From positions 868,001-932,000 of the forward strand of contig JBLDXI010000017.1 of the NCBI GenBank assembly GCA_047495785.1: a stretch of 64,000 bases of DNA, read 5' to 3'. The notes beneath the pieces were generated by a model. It made no database searches. It saw only the letters and a list, made by a program, of their open reading frames with translations, and was not told the origin of the DNA. The first letter of the stretch is position 1. Every line of letters begins with the position of its first letter. Position numbers and translations under genes: made by a program. The DNA comes from Lepidodermella squamata (taxonomy: Eukaryota; Animalia; Gastrotricha). Below are positions 1 through 12,451 of the stretch, in pieces.

Positions 1-1303
1 TGAAATGCAATTTGTACTTCGTCGCTTCAGCTTGCTTCGGGGAGCTCGGCGTGAAGTTAGCAAAAACCAGCTTGAAAGCGAGGCTAGCTATTCTCAGAGA
101 GGCGGGGATGGATTTGAGAATTAGCGAAGCTCAAACTTGTCCTAATTTGACGAATTGCTACGGTTTCGGCTGTGCCAAACTCGAATCTTCAGAAAATGTT
201 GCCCTCGTAGGTGGCTTTGGATCTAATACCAGTAGCGGCTTGGTTCACTGTCGAAACAAGTCAATACGAACGATAAATCTTGTCAATGGCGAATTAAAGA
301 CGGCCAATTCGATTGGTATTGGTGGAGATTTTCTAGGTTCTGCATTTTCATGGAAAAGTATAGTTGCAACTTCCTTGACTATTTACAGACAGAATGCACT
401 GCACCGTTACTGCTCTACCGAATTCGCGTATTTTTGTATTCGGCGGTCGTCGTTCTCCCAACGTTTCTGTGCGTAATTACGGGACAATTTCTGCAGATTC
501 AGAAGTATCTTTTCGGTCAGAAAAACTTCATGAACTGGATCCAAATAACCCAGCTTTACCTCATCCTCGTTTTCGCCATGCGGCATGCAAACTAGACCTG
601 AGTGAGGGTAAAATCAATCGTGGTTCATGGTGATTTAGCTTTAATGTTTTCATTCTGAAGGAGATGAAACTATCTTTACTCACGGCGGTCGCTTCGTCGA
701 TGAGAAGCAGCATGTTTTTTGCGACTCGTGGCTTTTCCATGTCAAGAAATCCGAATGGATAAACCTATGGAGTTCTCACAATGCAATTGCGGGTCGTCAC
801 AGCCACTCCGCTGTATCATCGGGATCTTCAATCTACGTGTTCGGTGGCCTGAATGACAACGAAGAGCCGTTGTCAGACTTGATTAGAATCAAAAGTATAC
901 TTCATTTTTGAATTATCATATCATTATCTTGCCCGGTTTTTCTTCAGTCGGACCTAATTTAGACTTTGAAGCTGCTAAAATGGTCACAACGCCTGAATTG
1001 GAACCTCGTTACGGTCATTCGGCTCATATATACGACGGAAAATTGATAATTGTTGGAGGTATTTGCCCTCTGGCTGCTCCATTTACAAGCAGCGAAATCG
1101 TTGTCATTGACCTCAATTCTGGCTTGGCGAAGAACTTCTCTGCGAAACCATCCCCGATCCCGTTTATGTTTGTCAACCATGGTTCTTGTATCGACGAAAA
1201 CGCTAAGCAGCTAGTCGTATACGGCGGCGGGGCGAATTGCTTCAGTTTTGGAACTCATTTCAACACGATTATGCTGAAAATTCCGTTGATCGATTTATTT
1301 TGA
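1..1303 (+). CDS. LCMT2: tRNA wybutosine-synthesizing protein 4 / leucine carboxyl methyltransferase 2, C-terminal kelch region (5' end outside window)
   Basis: Kelch repeats (VFGGRRSP, GRHSHSA, PRYGHSAH) and the C-terminal YGGGANCFSFGTHFN motif typical of LCMT2/TYW4. Three ~50-nt GT-AG introns (~337-388, ~608-660, ~895-948) join the ORF fragments. Confidence 0.85.
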
Positions 1304-1399
1304 AAAGCCGACGTATAATTTTGCCATTTTTTTCTCAACTAGATTTTTATTAAAAGATTGATGAATTTTATGGAGTATCAGCCCACTTGAATCTTTCCA

Positions 1400-4300
1400 A
1401 TGATGATGCGAGGCAGTATTGTCCTGTGGCTAGGCATTGGCGCTCTAGCCTTTACTATCGACTGGGGCGTATTTTGGCTGCTTTCGATCTTCCTATTATT
1501 CGTCTCATTCATCGGCGGCGTATTATTTGCGATTTATTATATATCGGAAAAACGTATTACTAGTTACCAAAATGCTGAGAACACTTCTGCTTCTTCTACT
1601 TCCGCGTCGTCTTTCATTAGCAGTAGCAACATTCAATTCCAAGGCATTCCAGCTGTTACCAACAACGTTTCGCAGTTGAAGAGCGAAATCGAATCGTTGG
1701 AAACACAGAATGAAGAAATTACGGGAATACCAGAGGTCGACGCCCAGCTTAATTTATGCCTCGAATACCTTGTTCGCGATTACGTGGTACCGTGGTCGAA
1801 AAAGTTGTCGGCTACTAACGATAACCAGGTTTTGGACGAATCGCTGAAAAATAAATTACGAAGTGCCATAACAAATTTTGCGAATCCGCTACGGTCTATA
1901 GACTGGGTCGACTATTTTACGGCGCAATTAGTCGACGATTTCGCGACTCATCTTCATTTGTATCGAATAGCCCTGGAACGCGTGAAAATGCGGCGGTCTA
2001 AACGGAGCCGGATACACGTTGACTCAGCAGAATTAAGGCAGTTGATTGAAACAGCCTTCTTCGAGGCTGAAAGTGAGTTGGGCGAGCCGCATGTGAGTCG
2101 CGAGGCGGTGGCTTGCAACCCCGGTGCGGAAATTTTCTACTTTGAAGGCATCAGCGATTTGATATTGTCTCAAATTGTCAACTCGAATGAGTTCGAATCC
2201 GGGCCTTTCCGGCAACTCAGTCGCAGCGTATTATGCTGGGCTGTTTTCAGGCCAAGTTTGGAGGCTATTGCCAACCCGGATTTGTTCAATCGCACCATAA
2301 TTTGGCTATGCCGAGGCAGTCCTCTTCCAGCTGAACATTTCAACGTGATTGCTCGCACGTCTACTAGCCGCGAAGAAGTAAGCTGCCACCTTAATGCTAA
2401 GAATTTTACTAATATTTTTATAAAAATTTTACACTCTTTTGATTTTTAATGCTTGTTATAGTAGTTTATTGAATTGGAGATGGCTAGCACCCAAGTTAGA
2501 GGTATACCTAGATGTATTCCTAATTGTAATAATCGCTATCTTAATTTTCATTAGCTGATTCATATACGGCAGCTGATATTAGTTTTTCATATTTAGCGAC
2601 GTCTCATGTCATGCATCTCATTAAAAAGCCAATTTATTATGCCTGAGCTGAGCTAATAATCCATTCGGTAGGAGACAAATAAATAGTCCGATTTCAGAAT
2701 TTCCAGCTGCGCGTGGTGATAAAAAAATTGCGTTGCGCTAATCCGCATCTATAATTTTATGAGTAAATAAAATGAGAACGATGTGAAATTACGATTTCTC
2801 CTGAAATTCAGTCGAAATTTTATCAAGTCATTTAAATTAATTAATTAATATTTAATTTAATTATTTTTCAATTTTTAATAATTCTCTAGCTAACGGCCAT
2901 TTTGGAACGGGTCTCATTCGAGCTTTCTCGCTGTCATGCTCTCGATGCTTTGACGGAATCGCACGAGTTAAGAGAGCAATTATCAGCTCTGTATCAACTT
3001 CAGCAGCTATGCGATAGGCGATTATTGGAGCTTCAAAGCCCGAGAATGCGCACCGGTGCCATGGTAGGAACAGATTCCGTCGAAAACCTGGCAGGTAATT
3101 AGCTTGACAGAAAATATTTTTACTAGTACTAATTAAATGTGAAAATTTCTCAGATTTGAGTGATTTGAGTGAGACCTTGAGGACAAAGCCGCCAACTAGT
3201 TCAGTATCAGCATTTGGGCTATCGAGCGTAGCCTCAAGCGAAGGCCTTGATACAATAGAAGGCAACCGACCGTCGAATACCAGTTCCGTGTTTTCTACGC
3301 TGCCTGTCCAGCAGGATCAAATGCTAATCACGATAGAGCCGAATTTGATCAATTTTAACGACATTCTGAACAACCCGAATTTGCTCGACCAGTTCACGGC
3401 TTTTGTCAAAAAGCGAAAAATGTATCAGTATCTTACTTTCTTTCTTAACGCTCAAGGTAAGAGAATGATTTAATCAATTATTATAGGTTAATAGAAAATA
3501 ATTTCCCCCTAGCTTTCGCGACCTCTTTTACCGAAGCTATTCACCGGTTATCAGCCCCAATTCCAGTGCCGGAAATTGACGTTGAAGGGGACTCAAAATC
3601 TGTGTCACTATCGTTGAGTAATGACTCGATATCGATTCTATCAATGTCGGACTCTCGATCACTGCCCGACTCTCGGTCGCCGCCGAACGTTTCAAAATCA
3701 GCCATTCGAAGCTTGGCGCATATGGTCTCTAACAATGCCAGTACTTTATTCGAGAATTACCTCTCACCACGCGCGGATCCGACCCAAAATTTGCGGCTCG
3801 ATGACGCTATGGTGTCGCGAACGTACAACAAAATCGAGAAAACAATCGCGTATTTGCAGCGGCTGGAAAATGAAAGCGTCGATATGCTGCAAACCGTGCC
3901 GACTGATTTGTTTGCCGAGGTTACGGCGGCTGTTTCCCACAAACTGACCAATCGAGCTTTGCCAACGTTTCGGCAAGAGCTTGAGGAGATGATGAAAGCT
4001 GAGCGATCAGCTTCCGGTAGCCGGCCGATTTTCGGTAGCGAAAATTCAATTCTATCATGGAAAAGTGAAGAAAATTTGGAGGATTCCTTGAAACCGCAAT
4101 CCCAATCCTTGCCTGCTAAGCCGAATTATTCTAACAATAACCACATTACAGCTCGAATCATCGACGCTAACAAGGTATGAAATGTGCATTAATTTATACA
4201 CAAAATTTCACATTTTTATTTGCATAAAATCAGGGATGAATAAACCACTATTTTGTATGGATATTCTTATCTATATTTCGATTTTTTTGTATGTATTTTC

Positions 4301-6206
4301 ACTCAAATTTTATTTTTATTTTGGAAATTGATTTACACTGTAGTTATCTGCTGCAAATTCCTACTTGAATATTATATTACCTGGGGTGAGATTTCGATCG
4401 CGATGGAAATTTAGCTCTTACGAATTCGCTTTTTGAGGGAAAAGAAAGGGATTTCAATTGCTTTTTCCCTATGCATGGCTAAATTTTCTCTTACAGCTTT
4501 TAGCGGTCGCTACTTTCAAATCTCACTGAAAATTCTTTGCTGGTCAAGTCATGCCATCTTATTAATCTTTAATTTTAATTTCAGGTGCTCACTAATACCG
4601 AATCATTTGTTGTCTATGTGATTCACGTGTCATCCCTGGTGTACCGGCCATCGATCGACGACTGCGGGCCCGAAGAATTGCATGGTAAGGTCGACGGCCT
4701 GTCTTGGAATACCACGCGGCGTTACAAAGACTTTGCGGAGCTGCATGCCATTGTTAAAGATCGGTATCCTAACGTCTCATCCCGGCTTCACTTCCCGAAA
4801 AAACTGCTCTTCAACAATTTATCCGACGAAGTTATTGCGAAACGAATGCGGGAATTGGGAGATGTGAGTTGAATTTTTCGAAATTTGAAACTAATTAAGG
4901 GGGACTGTTTTGTTTAGTTTTTAGCCGAGTTGCTACTAGAAACAACCTCCGAGGGGGTTTTAGATCGCGAGGCAGCGGCTTCGTTGAAAATGATGTTGTT
5001 GTTGTTTCTTCAACCCGGTCCGTGGGATCGCTGCGGAGATTCGCCTCACTCGCCGGTGGTAACCGAGGTGTCGCAAGCTCCAGACTCGTCAACAGGAAGC
5101 CGGCGATCGACCTCGAGAGCCAGTGCGCCTGAATATGCGCCCGATTCTCATTCGAATAGCAAGTTGTTAAATGGAGCGCATAAAATCGGGCAAATGTTCA
5201 AGGCGATAAGAAACATTCCAGACAAAGTTGACCGTACAGTTGACAAGTTGTTCGCATTTATGGACGTTCCTGAGGAGGCACCTGTTGATCATTCAGCAGG
5301 AGGCGGCGGCAATAGCAATAATTTATACAATAATCATATGAACGACGGTCAAGTGCCGCGATTGACCTCAGATCGAACTTCGGTTTACAAATTTGTGTTG
5401 GACGAAGTCGGTCTGCATCGTAGCGAAAGTTCTCATGCCGGTATAGGCAGTACGGGCTCTCTTCCGTCACCCTCACTCGACCCATCTCTCAACATCCCGA
5501 TGCGAATTTTGCTGAGGTTAGGCCACGAAATATTCGACCTTGACTCGCACGACTCGCTGCGGACGCAGTTTGTCAGTATATTAACGCGGGTTATTGCTTC
5601 CACCCATGGCACGTCCCTGAACAAAAAAATCGTGAGTCAAGTCGATTGGTTGACTAGCCGTGAGCAAGTCGTGACTTATATCAAATCATTTCGCGATCTC
5701 ATGTGGCCGAACGGGCGTACAGCGGCGTCATCACTGGCGGCTGCTGAAGACAGGAACCTGAAGACTCAAGAACAACCCACTCGTCACTCTCATTCTCAAC
5801 ACTGCGCCCGGCTTGTTTGCAAGACTAGGGTATTTTTCCACAAATTTCCCACGCTTTCCTCTTATGTTTTGTCTTTATTTAGATGTGGGGCGTGGTGCCG
5901 GATGAAATTAGAACTGTTTTAAGCGCCGAGGCTTCTCGTGAAGCCGTTGTCGAGTTATTCGAGCTCTTCCAACACCCGACTCTAAACCGGCGGCTAGTTA
6001 TCGTAATATTCGAAGGCCTGCTGAAGCGAATGTACCCGCAGGTGAATTTTGAAGAGGTATTCCGGCGACTGCATGAGAACGCTAAAATTCGTTCGAGTAG
6101 CGATCCTATGATGAAAGGAGGCTCTTTAAAGCAGACAAAGAAGGACCATGTTGTGCCGTCTAATGGCGAAACCTCACAGCAACAGCAATTTTATGACTTA
6201 TCGTAA
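1400..6206 (+). CDS. SNX13: Sorting nexin 13-like (N-terminal TM, PXA, RGS, PX, PXC domains), 7 exons
   Basis: Exons 1400-2377, 2890-3094, 3154-3456, 3513-4174, 4585-4863, 4918-5829 and 5883-6206, all GT-AG and phase-compatible. Motifs: LVDDFATHL (PXA), RRYKDFAELH (PX), NIPMRILLRL...INKKIV-like...FRDLMWPNG and FELFQHPTLNRRL (PXC). Confidence 0.9.
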
Positions 6207-7619
6207 TTACACTGTGATGATTGTTTGCGTGTTTACGTCAGTGTTACTTATTTTAATTCCAGGAGTTGCGATGAACTGACTGTACTATAAGTTATACTTC
6301 TTTTAAAGTGTAACTATATTTTTGTACTTCTCTTTTGAATATGGCATGTTAGCGGTGAGAACAAGTATGATACCGACGATAAATTGATATTATTAGAAAT
6401 AAAAGAGTTATAATCCATGCGCTGCCTATTCGATATTTTATAATTATCTGGGATTTGCGTAATATTGCGGATTAACAGGTAGCGTCCAGCGCCCTTGGCT
6501 AATCAATTAAGTCTTAATCGTCGAATCGCTCAAGCCCCACGGACAGCGGCGAATAGCTAGAGCGAAATGAATTATAATGAATCCCGAAGTGTACGCGATG
6601 CATTATCTTCCCATTTTTTGCGGTGCGCCACCTAGCATCTTGGCAGAGGGTCGAAGCAAAGAAACGACCCCTTCCGCCCTTATGTCCCTCCATTCTCGAA
6701 CATCCCGACCTGAGTACATCAATTTTGGGCAATCGTGGTGGTTGGGAGTCACAGCTTAATTTCTTTGAGAGATAAATATGGCTTGGTTTCGTACAGACCA
6801 GGCTTGGGGCATAAGCTGTGAACGCCTTAACATAATGACCATTGGATCAGCATTTTGACTATTCAAACTAACATATTGTTAGAAAGCTACTCTGGCTGCA
6901 TAGCCCTTCCATTTCTTCTTCTGAACGCCATTAACTGTTGCTCATTACCAAGCATAATGAGACTGATTTAGAAGTTGGACCCTCTGATCTCTGAGCATTA
7001 CGACCACCGACACGAATTACGATCACCGACCACTTGAGGAGAATATCCACCCATTTCTATGTCATAAATGATAAGTGGTGGCTACGGGTGTATCTATTTG
7101 AATTCGAAATCAAAGTCGAATAGCAATTAGCCAGAGAACGCGAGCTGAAAATTGCCGGGAGCGAAATCGCCTCACCAACTTCAAGGGTGACAGAATCGTC
7201 GAAGCAAAAAAGGCGACGAAGGTATTACCCTGCAATTATAAGCTAAAAGTATTTTGCCTATTTGATATGAATAATTCTTGATAATTTTTATTTAGAACTG
7301 AATTTAATTTTTACTTTGAAGGTCATTTTATATTTGGCGGGATGTCTTTTTCACTTTTCGAAAAAAATCCATGCTTATTTTCAACGCTTTTCACCGCTAT
7401 GCCCACTGCTAGTTCCCATACGTGTGCCACCTCCACACAGCCGCTGAGCCGGCATTAATTTTTAGCATCCCAACATTCATCGTCAATTTTGAACTTCTTA
7501 GTATCACAGTCATATGCCGTTGAGTTTTATTGGATTCAATCTTACATCTTCCCATTAATCGAAACTAAACGAAACTAAAAACGAATAAAATATTATTTAT
7601 AGATTATTTGAGCTAATTC

Positions 7620-8726
7620 ATGGTCGATTCCACTGACACCGATCATGTTAATGATCAGCATAACAACAAATCAAGCAATGGTCCTAAATGGGAGGACATC
7701 CTCGGAAACGGAAAGTTGGTAAAACTTGCTTTAGAGCCAGGCGCTGGCAAACGCCCTAACATGGGAAATGGAGTCGAAGTATCTTATCAACTTTATCCTT
7801 TCGATTCTGCTGACATGGATTATACCGAAGTCTTAAAGAGCGAACCTGCTTTCGAGAAACGTTGCGCTTTTAATTTGGGAGATGGGGAGGCGAATCTGCA
7901 AGCTCTCGAGCTTGGAGTTGCTCTTATGAATGTCGGAGAAAAGGCCGTAATAAAGTGCTTGAATTCAAGATTAGCTCTCGAAGGCGAACCACCAGAATTT
8001 CGCCCGGAAAATATCCCTCCAACTTCTTTCCTCTTTATATTGGTCGAACTGTTACGGGACAACGGGCCTCCCATACCTTGGCTCCAAAGACCTGCGTCAG
8101 AGAGGTTGGAATGCGCCAACAATAAAGTATCTCGAGGGAACGCTTACTGTCGCGCTGGTATTTACCCTTCAGCTATCAACTCTTACTCGGCCGCCCTTCG
8201 TATCGTAGGATATAACACTGAAGTTGAGGAGGGCGAAGAAGAGCCTCCTGAAGAAAGTGCCGAAGCAGAGGTGCGCCTCAAAGCTTATAGTGGGCTGTCT
8301 GCTGCTCATTTTAACGCTGCTTCCTACGACAATGCCTTGCGTTGTTGTGAAGATGCTCTCAGAATAAATCCTTTGACCGTTAAAGTTGTCTTCCGCCGTG
8401 GTCGTTGTCTGTTGCAATTAGGCCGTTTGGAGGAAGCAAAGGAAGCAATTACTACAGCGAAGTCTATGGCATTGCAAAACTCTGAAGGTATAACCCCGGA
8501 GCAGATGCAATTCATGGACAAAGAACTCGCTCGTGTTCGCTCGCTTTTATCGAAAGATCGGAAGCAAGAAGCGGAATTATATCGAAAGATGATTCCCGTA
8601 ACGCCCTTGCCACCTAGTAACAATTATTTAAAGAAATTAATGAATCGCAAACTTGAAATTTTGATTACTATTTTGGCTGTATCGTTTTTAACTCTGATTT
8701 GGGTCGTTTTTAGCAACGCCCTTTGA
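7620..8726 (+). CDS. FKBP8: FKBP8/FKBP38-like: FKBP domain, TPR repeats, C-terminal tail anchor
   Basis: Intronless 368-aa ORF. WEDILGNGKLVK...FNLGDGE...ALELGVALMNVGE (FKBP domain), TPRs (KVVFRRGRCL), EAELYRKM, and a hydrophobic C-terminus. Confidence 0.88.
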   Translation: MVDSTDTDHVNDQHNNKSSNGPKWEDILGNGKLVKLALEPGAGKRPNMGNGVEVSYQLYPFDSADMDYTEVLKSEPAFEKRCAFNLGDGEANLQALELGVALMNVGEKAVIKCLNSRLALEGEPPEFRPENIPPTSFLFILVELLRDNGPPIPWLQRPASERLECANNKVSRGNAYCRAGIYPSAINSYSAALRIVGYNTEVEEGEEEPPEESAEAEVRLKAYSGLSAAHFNAASYDNALRCCEDALRINPLTVKVVFRRGRCLLQLGRLEEAKEAITTAKSMALQNSEGITPEQMQFMDKELARVRSLLSKDRKQEAELYRKMIPVTPLPPSNNYLKKLMNRKLEILITILAVSFLTLIWVVFSNAL

Positions 8727-8854
8727 TTGTTAGCCTTGAATACTTGGCGATTTAGTGCCTTGCTGCCTTGCATTTTTAAGTGTTGTGTTAACGTTTGCAT
8801 AAAATAAATTTATTGCTCACTGACCTCGCGTCTCTGTTTTTAGATTTTGTTACC

Positions 8855-10108
8855 ATGTCTCGATTTGATGTAGTGATCTTTGGAGCCAGTGGCTATACCG
8901 GGCAGTATGTGGTTGAACATTTTGCCAAGATAGCTGATGAAGAGAGTGTCACATGGGCTGTCGCCGGTCGATCTGCGAAAAAGTTAGACGACACGCTTCA
9001 GTTCATCGGGTCTGTTACTGGCAAAGATTTGAGCAAAGTCGAGAAAATGATTGCGAATGTGGATGACGATGGAAGTTTGAATGCTATGTGTAAACGAGCC
9101 AGAGTTCTTATAAATGCTGTTGGTCCTTATCGGCTTTGGGGTGACCAGGTGATCCGAGCCGCTGTGGCTAATAATTGCCACCATCTTGACATCTCGGGCG
9201 AGCCGATTTTCCTTGATGGCGCGCATCTTAAGTTTGATGAAGCAGCTAAAAAGTCGCAAGTTTATGTGATTGGCGCAGCTGGGTCTGATTCAATTCCGTC
9301 AGATATGGGTGTCGAATTTATGATGAAAAATGTGAATGGTGATATTAATGGAATTCGTACCTATTTATCCTTCAAAGGGTCCAGAGGTGGAGCTGGTAAT
9401 TATGGAACATGGCATTCGGCTGTTCAAGGTGTTGGAGATGCGAAGCTTTTAGGGCCGATTAGGCGTCAGCTATTCACTGAACCCTTGCCAAAACTGAAAC
9501 ACAAACTCGATCGGAAATCAGTGTTTTACAACGATCGAATCAACAGATGGGCAGTTGTTTTACCTGCTGCAGATCGCTCTGTGGGTAAAAGATCGCAGTA
9601 TTACCATTTTATTAAGGAAAACAAGCGCCCGATTCAGCTGGAAACTTACTTTTGCCTGCGTAGCGTTCTCCAAGTGGCTTGTTTGATCTTGATTGGGATT
9701 GTATTCTTTGTGATGTCTTCGTTTAATTTTGGCAAAAAGTTACTTTTGGATCACCCAGGGCTGTTTTCATTCGGCATTTTCGCGAAAGAAGGCGCTCCGA
9801 GAGACATGGTATTGAAGCGCCGTTATGAATTGGTTTTGGAGGCTGAAGTTCACGACTCGAAAATCGACGATCCGAATGCCCAACATAACGATCCGCCGGC
9901 TCGCCGGGTCGCTTGCAAAGTAAGCGGACCAGATTTCGGATACGTGAACTGCGCTATTTGTGTTGGTCAATGTGCAATGGTTATCCTGAAAGAGTCGGAC
10001 AAATTGCCTCAGGGTGGTGGGGTGTACCCGCCTGGTTTTGCCTTTTCAAAAACCAGCTTGATCGAACGTCTGGAAAAGCATGGGGTTAATTTTGAAATGC
10101 TTACTTGA
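8855..10108 (+). CDS. SCCPDH: Saccharopine dehydrogenase-like oxidoreductase, paralog 1
   Basis: 417 aa from ATG 8855. Rossmann motif VIFGASGYTG, plus WAVAGRS, NAVGPY, DISGE, DSIPSDMG and GGVYPPG. Confidence 0.92.
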   Translation: MSRFDVVIFGASGYTGQYVVEHFAKIADEESVTWAVAGRSAKKLDDTLQFIGSVTGKDLSKVEKMIANVDDDGSLNAMCKRARVLINAVGPYRLWGDQVIRAAVANNCHHLDISGEPIFLDGAHLKFDEAAKKSQVYVIGAAGSDSIPSDMGVEFMMKNVNGDINGIRTYLSFKGSRGGAGNYGTWHSAVQGVGDAKLLGPIRRQLFTEPLPKLKHKLDRKSVFYNDRINRWAVVLPAADRSVGKRSQYYHFIKENKRPIQLETYFCLRSVLQVACLILIGIVFFVMSSFNFGKKLLLDHPGLFSFGIFAKEGAPRDMVLKRRYELVLEAEVHDSKIDDPNAQHNDPPARRVACKVSGPDFGYVNCAICVGQCAMVILKESDKLPQGGGVYPPGFAFSKTSLIERLEKHGVNFEMLT

Positions 10109-10449
10109 GTGAGTGCGCGCCTTGACCACCATCCTAAAACGTACATGGTCAACTTCCGTTTTCTTTTTTGTTTGTGTTTGGATAAGAACCCGTTCTTGCG
10201 TGGCGTGTCTCAAAAGTAATCTCGCTGATAACAAAACTGACATTGTCTTAATGCATCTACTGCATTTCACGATTTTTCTTTGTCTTGCCATGCCTCAACT
10301 GGTCATTTAAGTGCCACCCTCAATTATATTTTTCAAGAAATAAGTGGCAATGGCTATTTATTTCCGCTACCTTGTTGTTGATCGGTGCAATAATCGAAAT
10401 TGACATGTTATTAATTTATTAATTTAGGGATATTTTAGTAAAATTCGCT

Positions 10450-11703
10450 ATGTCTCGCTTCGATGTTGTAATTTTTGGCGCTAGTGGCTATACTGGTCAA
10501 TATGTCGTTGAACACTTCGCAAAAATCGCCGAAGAGGAGAAAATCACATGGGCTGTCGCCGGTCGTTCAGCGAAAAAACTCGATGAAACGCTCAATTTCA
10601 TTGGATCTGTCACTGGCAAAGATCTGAGCAAGATCGAAAAAATCATCGCGAATGTGGACGATGACGATAGCTTGAACGCCATGTGCAAACGGGCGAAAGT
10701 CCTCATCAATGTAGTCGGACCCTACCGGCTTTGGGGCGACCAGGTTGTCCGGGCTGCCGTCAACAACAGCTGCCACCATCTGGACATTTCTGGCGAAACG
10801 ATTTTCCTGGAAGGCGCCCACCTGAAATTCAACGAAGATGCGAAGAAATCGAAGGTTTACGTTGTTGGAGCGACCGGGGCTGATTCGATTCCATCTGATA
10901 TGGGAATTGAATTTTTGATGAAGAACGTCAAGACTGATATCAATGGGGTGAGTAATTTCCTGTTGCTGAGAGGTGCTGCTGGCGGTGCGGTCAACTACGG
11001 TACTTGGCACTCGGCTGTGAATGGAGTTGGTGATATGAAACTTCTCGGCCCAATCCGCCGTAAGTTGTATACGGAGCCTATTCCGAAACCGAGTTTCAAG
11101 CAGGCTCGTAAGACTGCTTTCTACAACGACCGTATCAAAAGTTGGGCAATTGTTTTCCCCGCAACTGATCGAGCCATTGCAAAATGGTCGCAATACAACC
11201 ACTTCTTGAGCGAAAAGAGGCGTCCAATCCAGGTTGAGACTTATCTATGCCCTGATAGCATATTTCAGGTCATTGGATTGGTGCTGTTCGGTATCGTTTT
11301 CTTCATTTTGTCTTCGTTCAGTTTCGGCAAAAAGCTGCTCCTCAACTACCCTGAGATTTTTTCGCTGGGAATGTTTGCTAAGGAAGGCGCTCCTCGCGAT
11401 GTCGTCCTGAAACGCCGATATGAGTTGATCGTCGAGGGCGAGGCTCATGACTCGAAAATCGACGATCCGAATGCCCAGCATGACGATCCGCCGAAGCGTC
11501 GTGTTGCCTGCAAGGTTTCTGGTCCTGATTTCGGCTACGTCAATTGTGCCATTTGCATTGGCCAATGTGCTATGGTTATCCTGAAAGAGTCGGATAAAAT
11601 GCCACCAGGTGGCGGTGTTTACCCACCTGGTTTCGCCTTTTCGAAGACAAGCCTCATCGAACGTCTGGAAAAGCACGGCGTTCACTTTGAAATGCTGCCT
11701 TGA
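10450..11703 (+). CDS. SCCPDH: SCCPDH paralog 2
   Basis: Intronless 417-aa ORF with the same motifs as paralog 1. Confidence 0.92.
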   Translation: MSRFDVVIFGASGYTGQYVVEHFAKIAEEEKITWAVAGRSAKKLDETLNFIGSVTGKDLSKIEKIIANVDDDDSLNAMCKRAKVLINVVGPYRLWGDQVVRAAVNNSCHHLDISGETIFLEGAHLKFNEDAKKSKVYVVGATGADSIPSDMGIEFLMKNVKTDINGVSNFLLLRGAAGGAVNYGTWHSAVNGVGDMKLLGPIRRKLYTEPIPKPSFKQARKTAFYNDRIKSWAIVFPATDRAIAKWSQYNHFLSEKRRPIQVETYLCPDSIFQVIGLVLFGIVFFILSSFSFGKKLLLNYPEIFSLGMFAKEGAPRDVVLKRRYELIVEGEAHDSKIDDPNAQHDDPPKRRVACKVSGPDFGYVNCAICIGQCAMVILKESDKMPPGGGVYPPGFAFSKTSLIERLEKHGVHFEMLP

Positions 11704-12451
11704 ACCGGTGTTTAATCTTGAAATCAAGATGAAAATTGCGGGAAGCCATTTGACTTGATAATTCCGGTGAAAAAAAACGATTCCAATTTCTCTATTTTTG
11801 ACCTAATTGTATTCCGTGTCCATTTTGACGATAAATTCTATTTTTGCCGCGATCTGCTCACAATTAGGTCTTGAACTTGCGCTTTGAAAATTAGTGCCCT
11901 TCAAGAAATCCGTTCATTTTCTTGCATATTTGTTGTGCTTTGCTTCACGGGCTTAATTGTCCAAGATGAATTTTCAAAATTAATATTTGCTATTTTGAAA
12001 ATGTCAATTTCAAATTGTCCTAACGTAGTTAAAATCTTCATTTATTTCTCTGTTAATTAATGTTTGCAATTGATTTTTAGGTGTTATATTTTATGAAAGT
12101 TATCGATCCTGCTTTTAAATTTTTTGAACTGATCTGGAACGAGAATATTGCGTGGTCTGTTTACATGACGGGTTTTCTAATCAACTTCATTTTCTCTAAC
12201 AATTTATTTAAAATTTTCGTAGTAGTACCTTGAAATGGTTGTCTATTCGTGGAGTAATTAGGATTTAATTCAATTATATCCATTTTGCGAGAGACCCATG
12301 CATGGAGCTTGAAAGGAATCCCAACCATTTTCGGTTGAATTCTATCGCCCGAAAAGCCATTTAATTATTTATATCTGCCTGAACACTGATTTTTTGTCCA
12401 AATTGGCGATTCATGACTGCATTTTTGTATTTCAGATATTTTTATTTATAA

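Noticed and set aside
6450-7250. GC-richer intergenic block, possibly a decayed element (similar block at 18400-19000)
   Set aside because: No convincing TIR, TSD or recognisable protein motif.
8795-8854. N-terminal extension of SCCPDH1, and other TTG/GTG-started ORFs such as 23634, 25695 and 19267
   Set aside because: Artefacts of alternative-start ORF calling. They run through acceptor tracts, and paralogs or homologs start at the downstream ATG.
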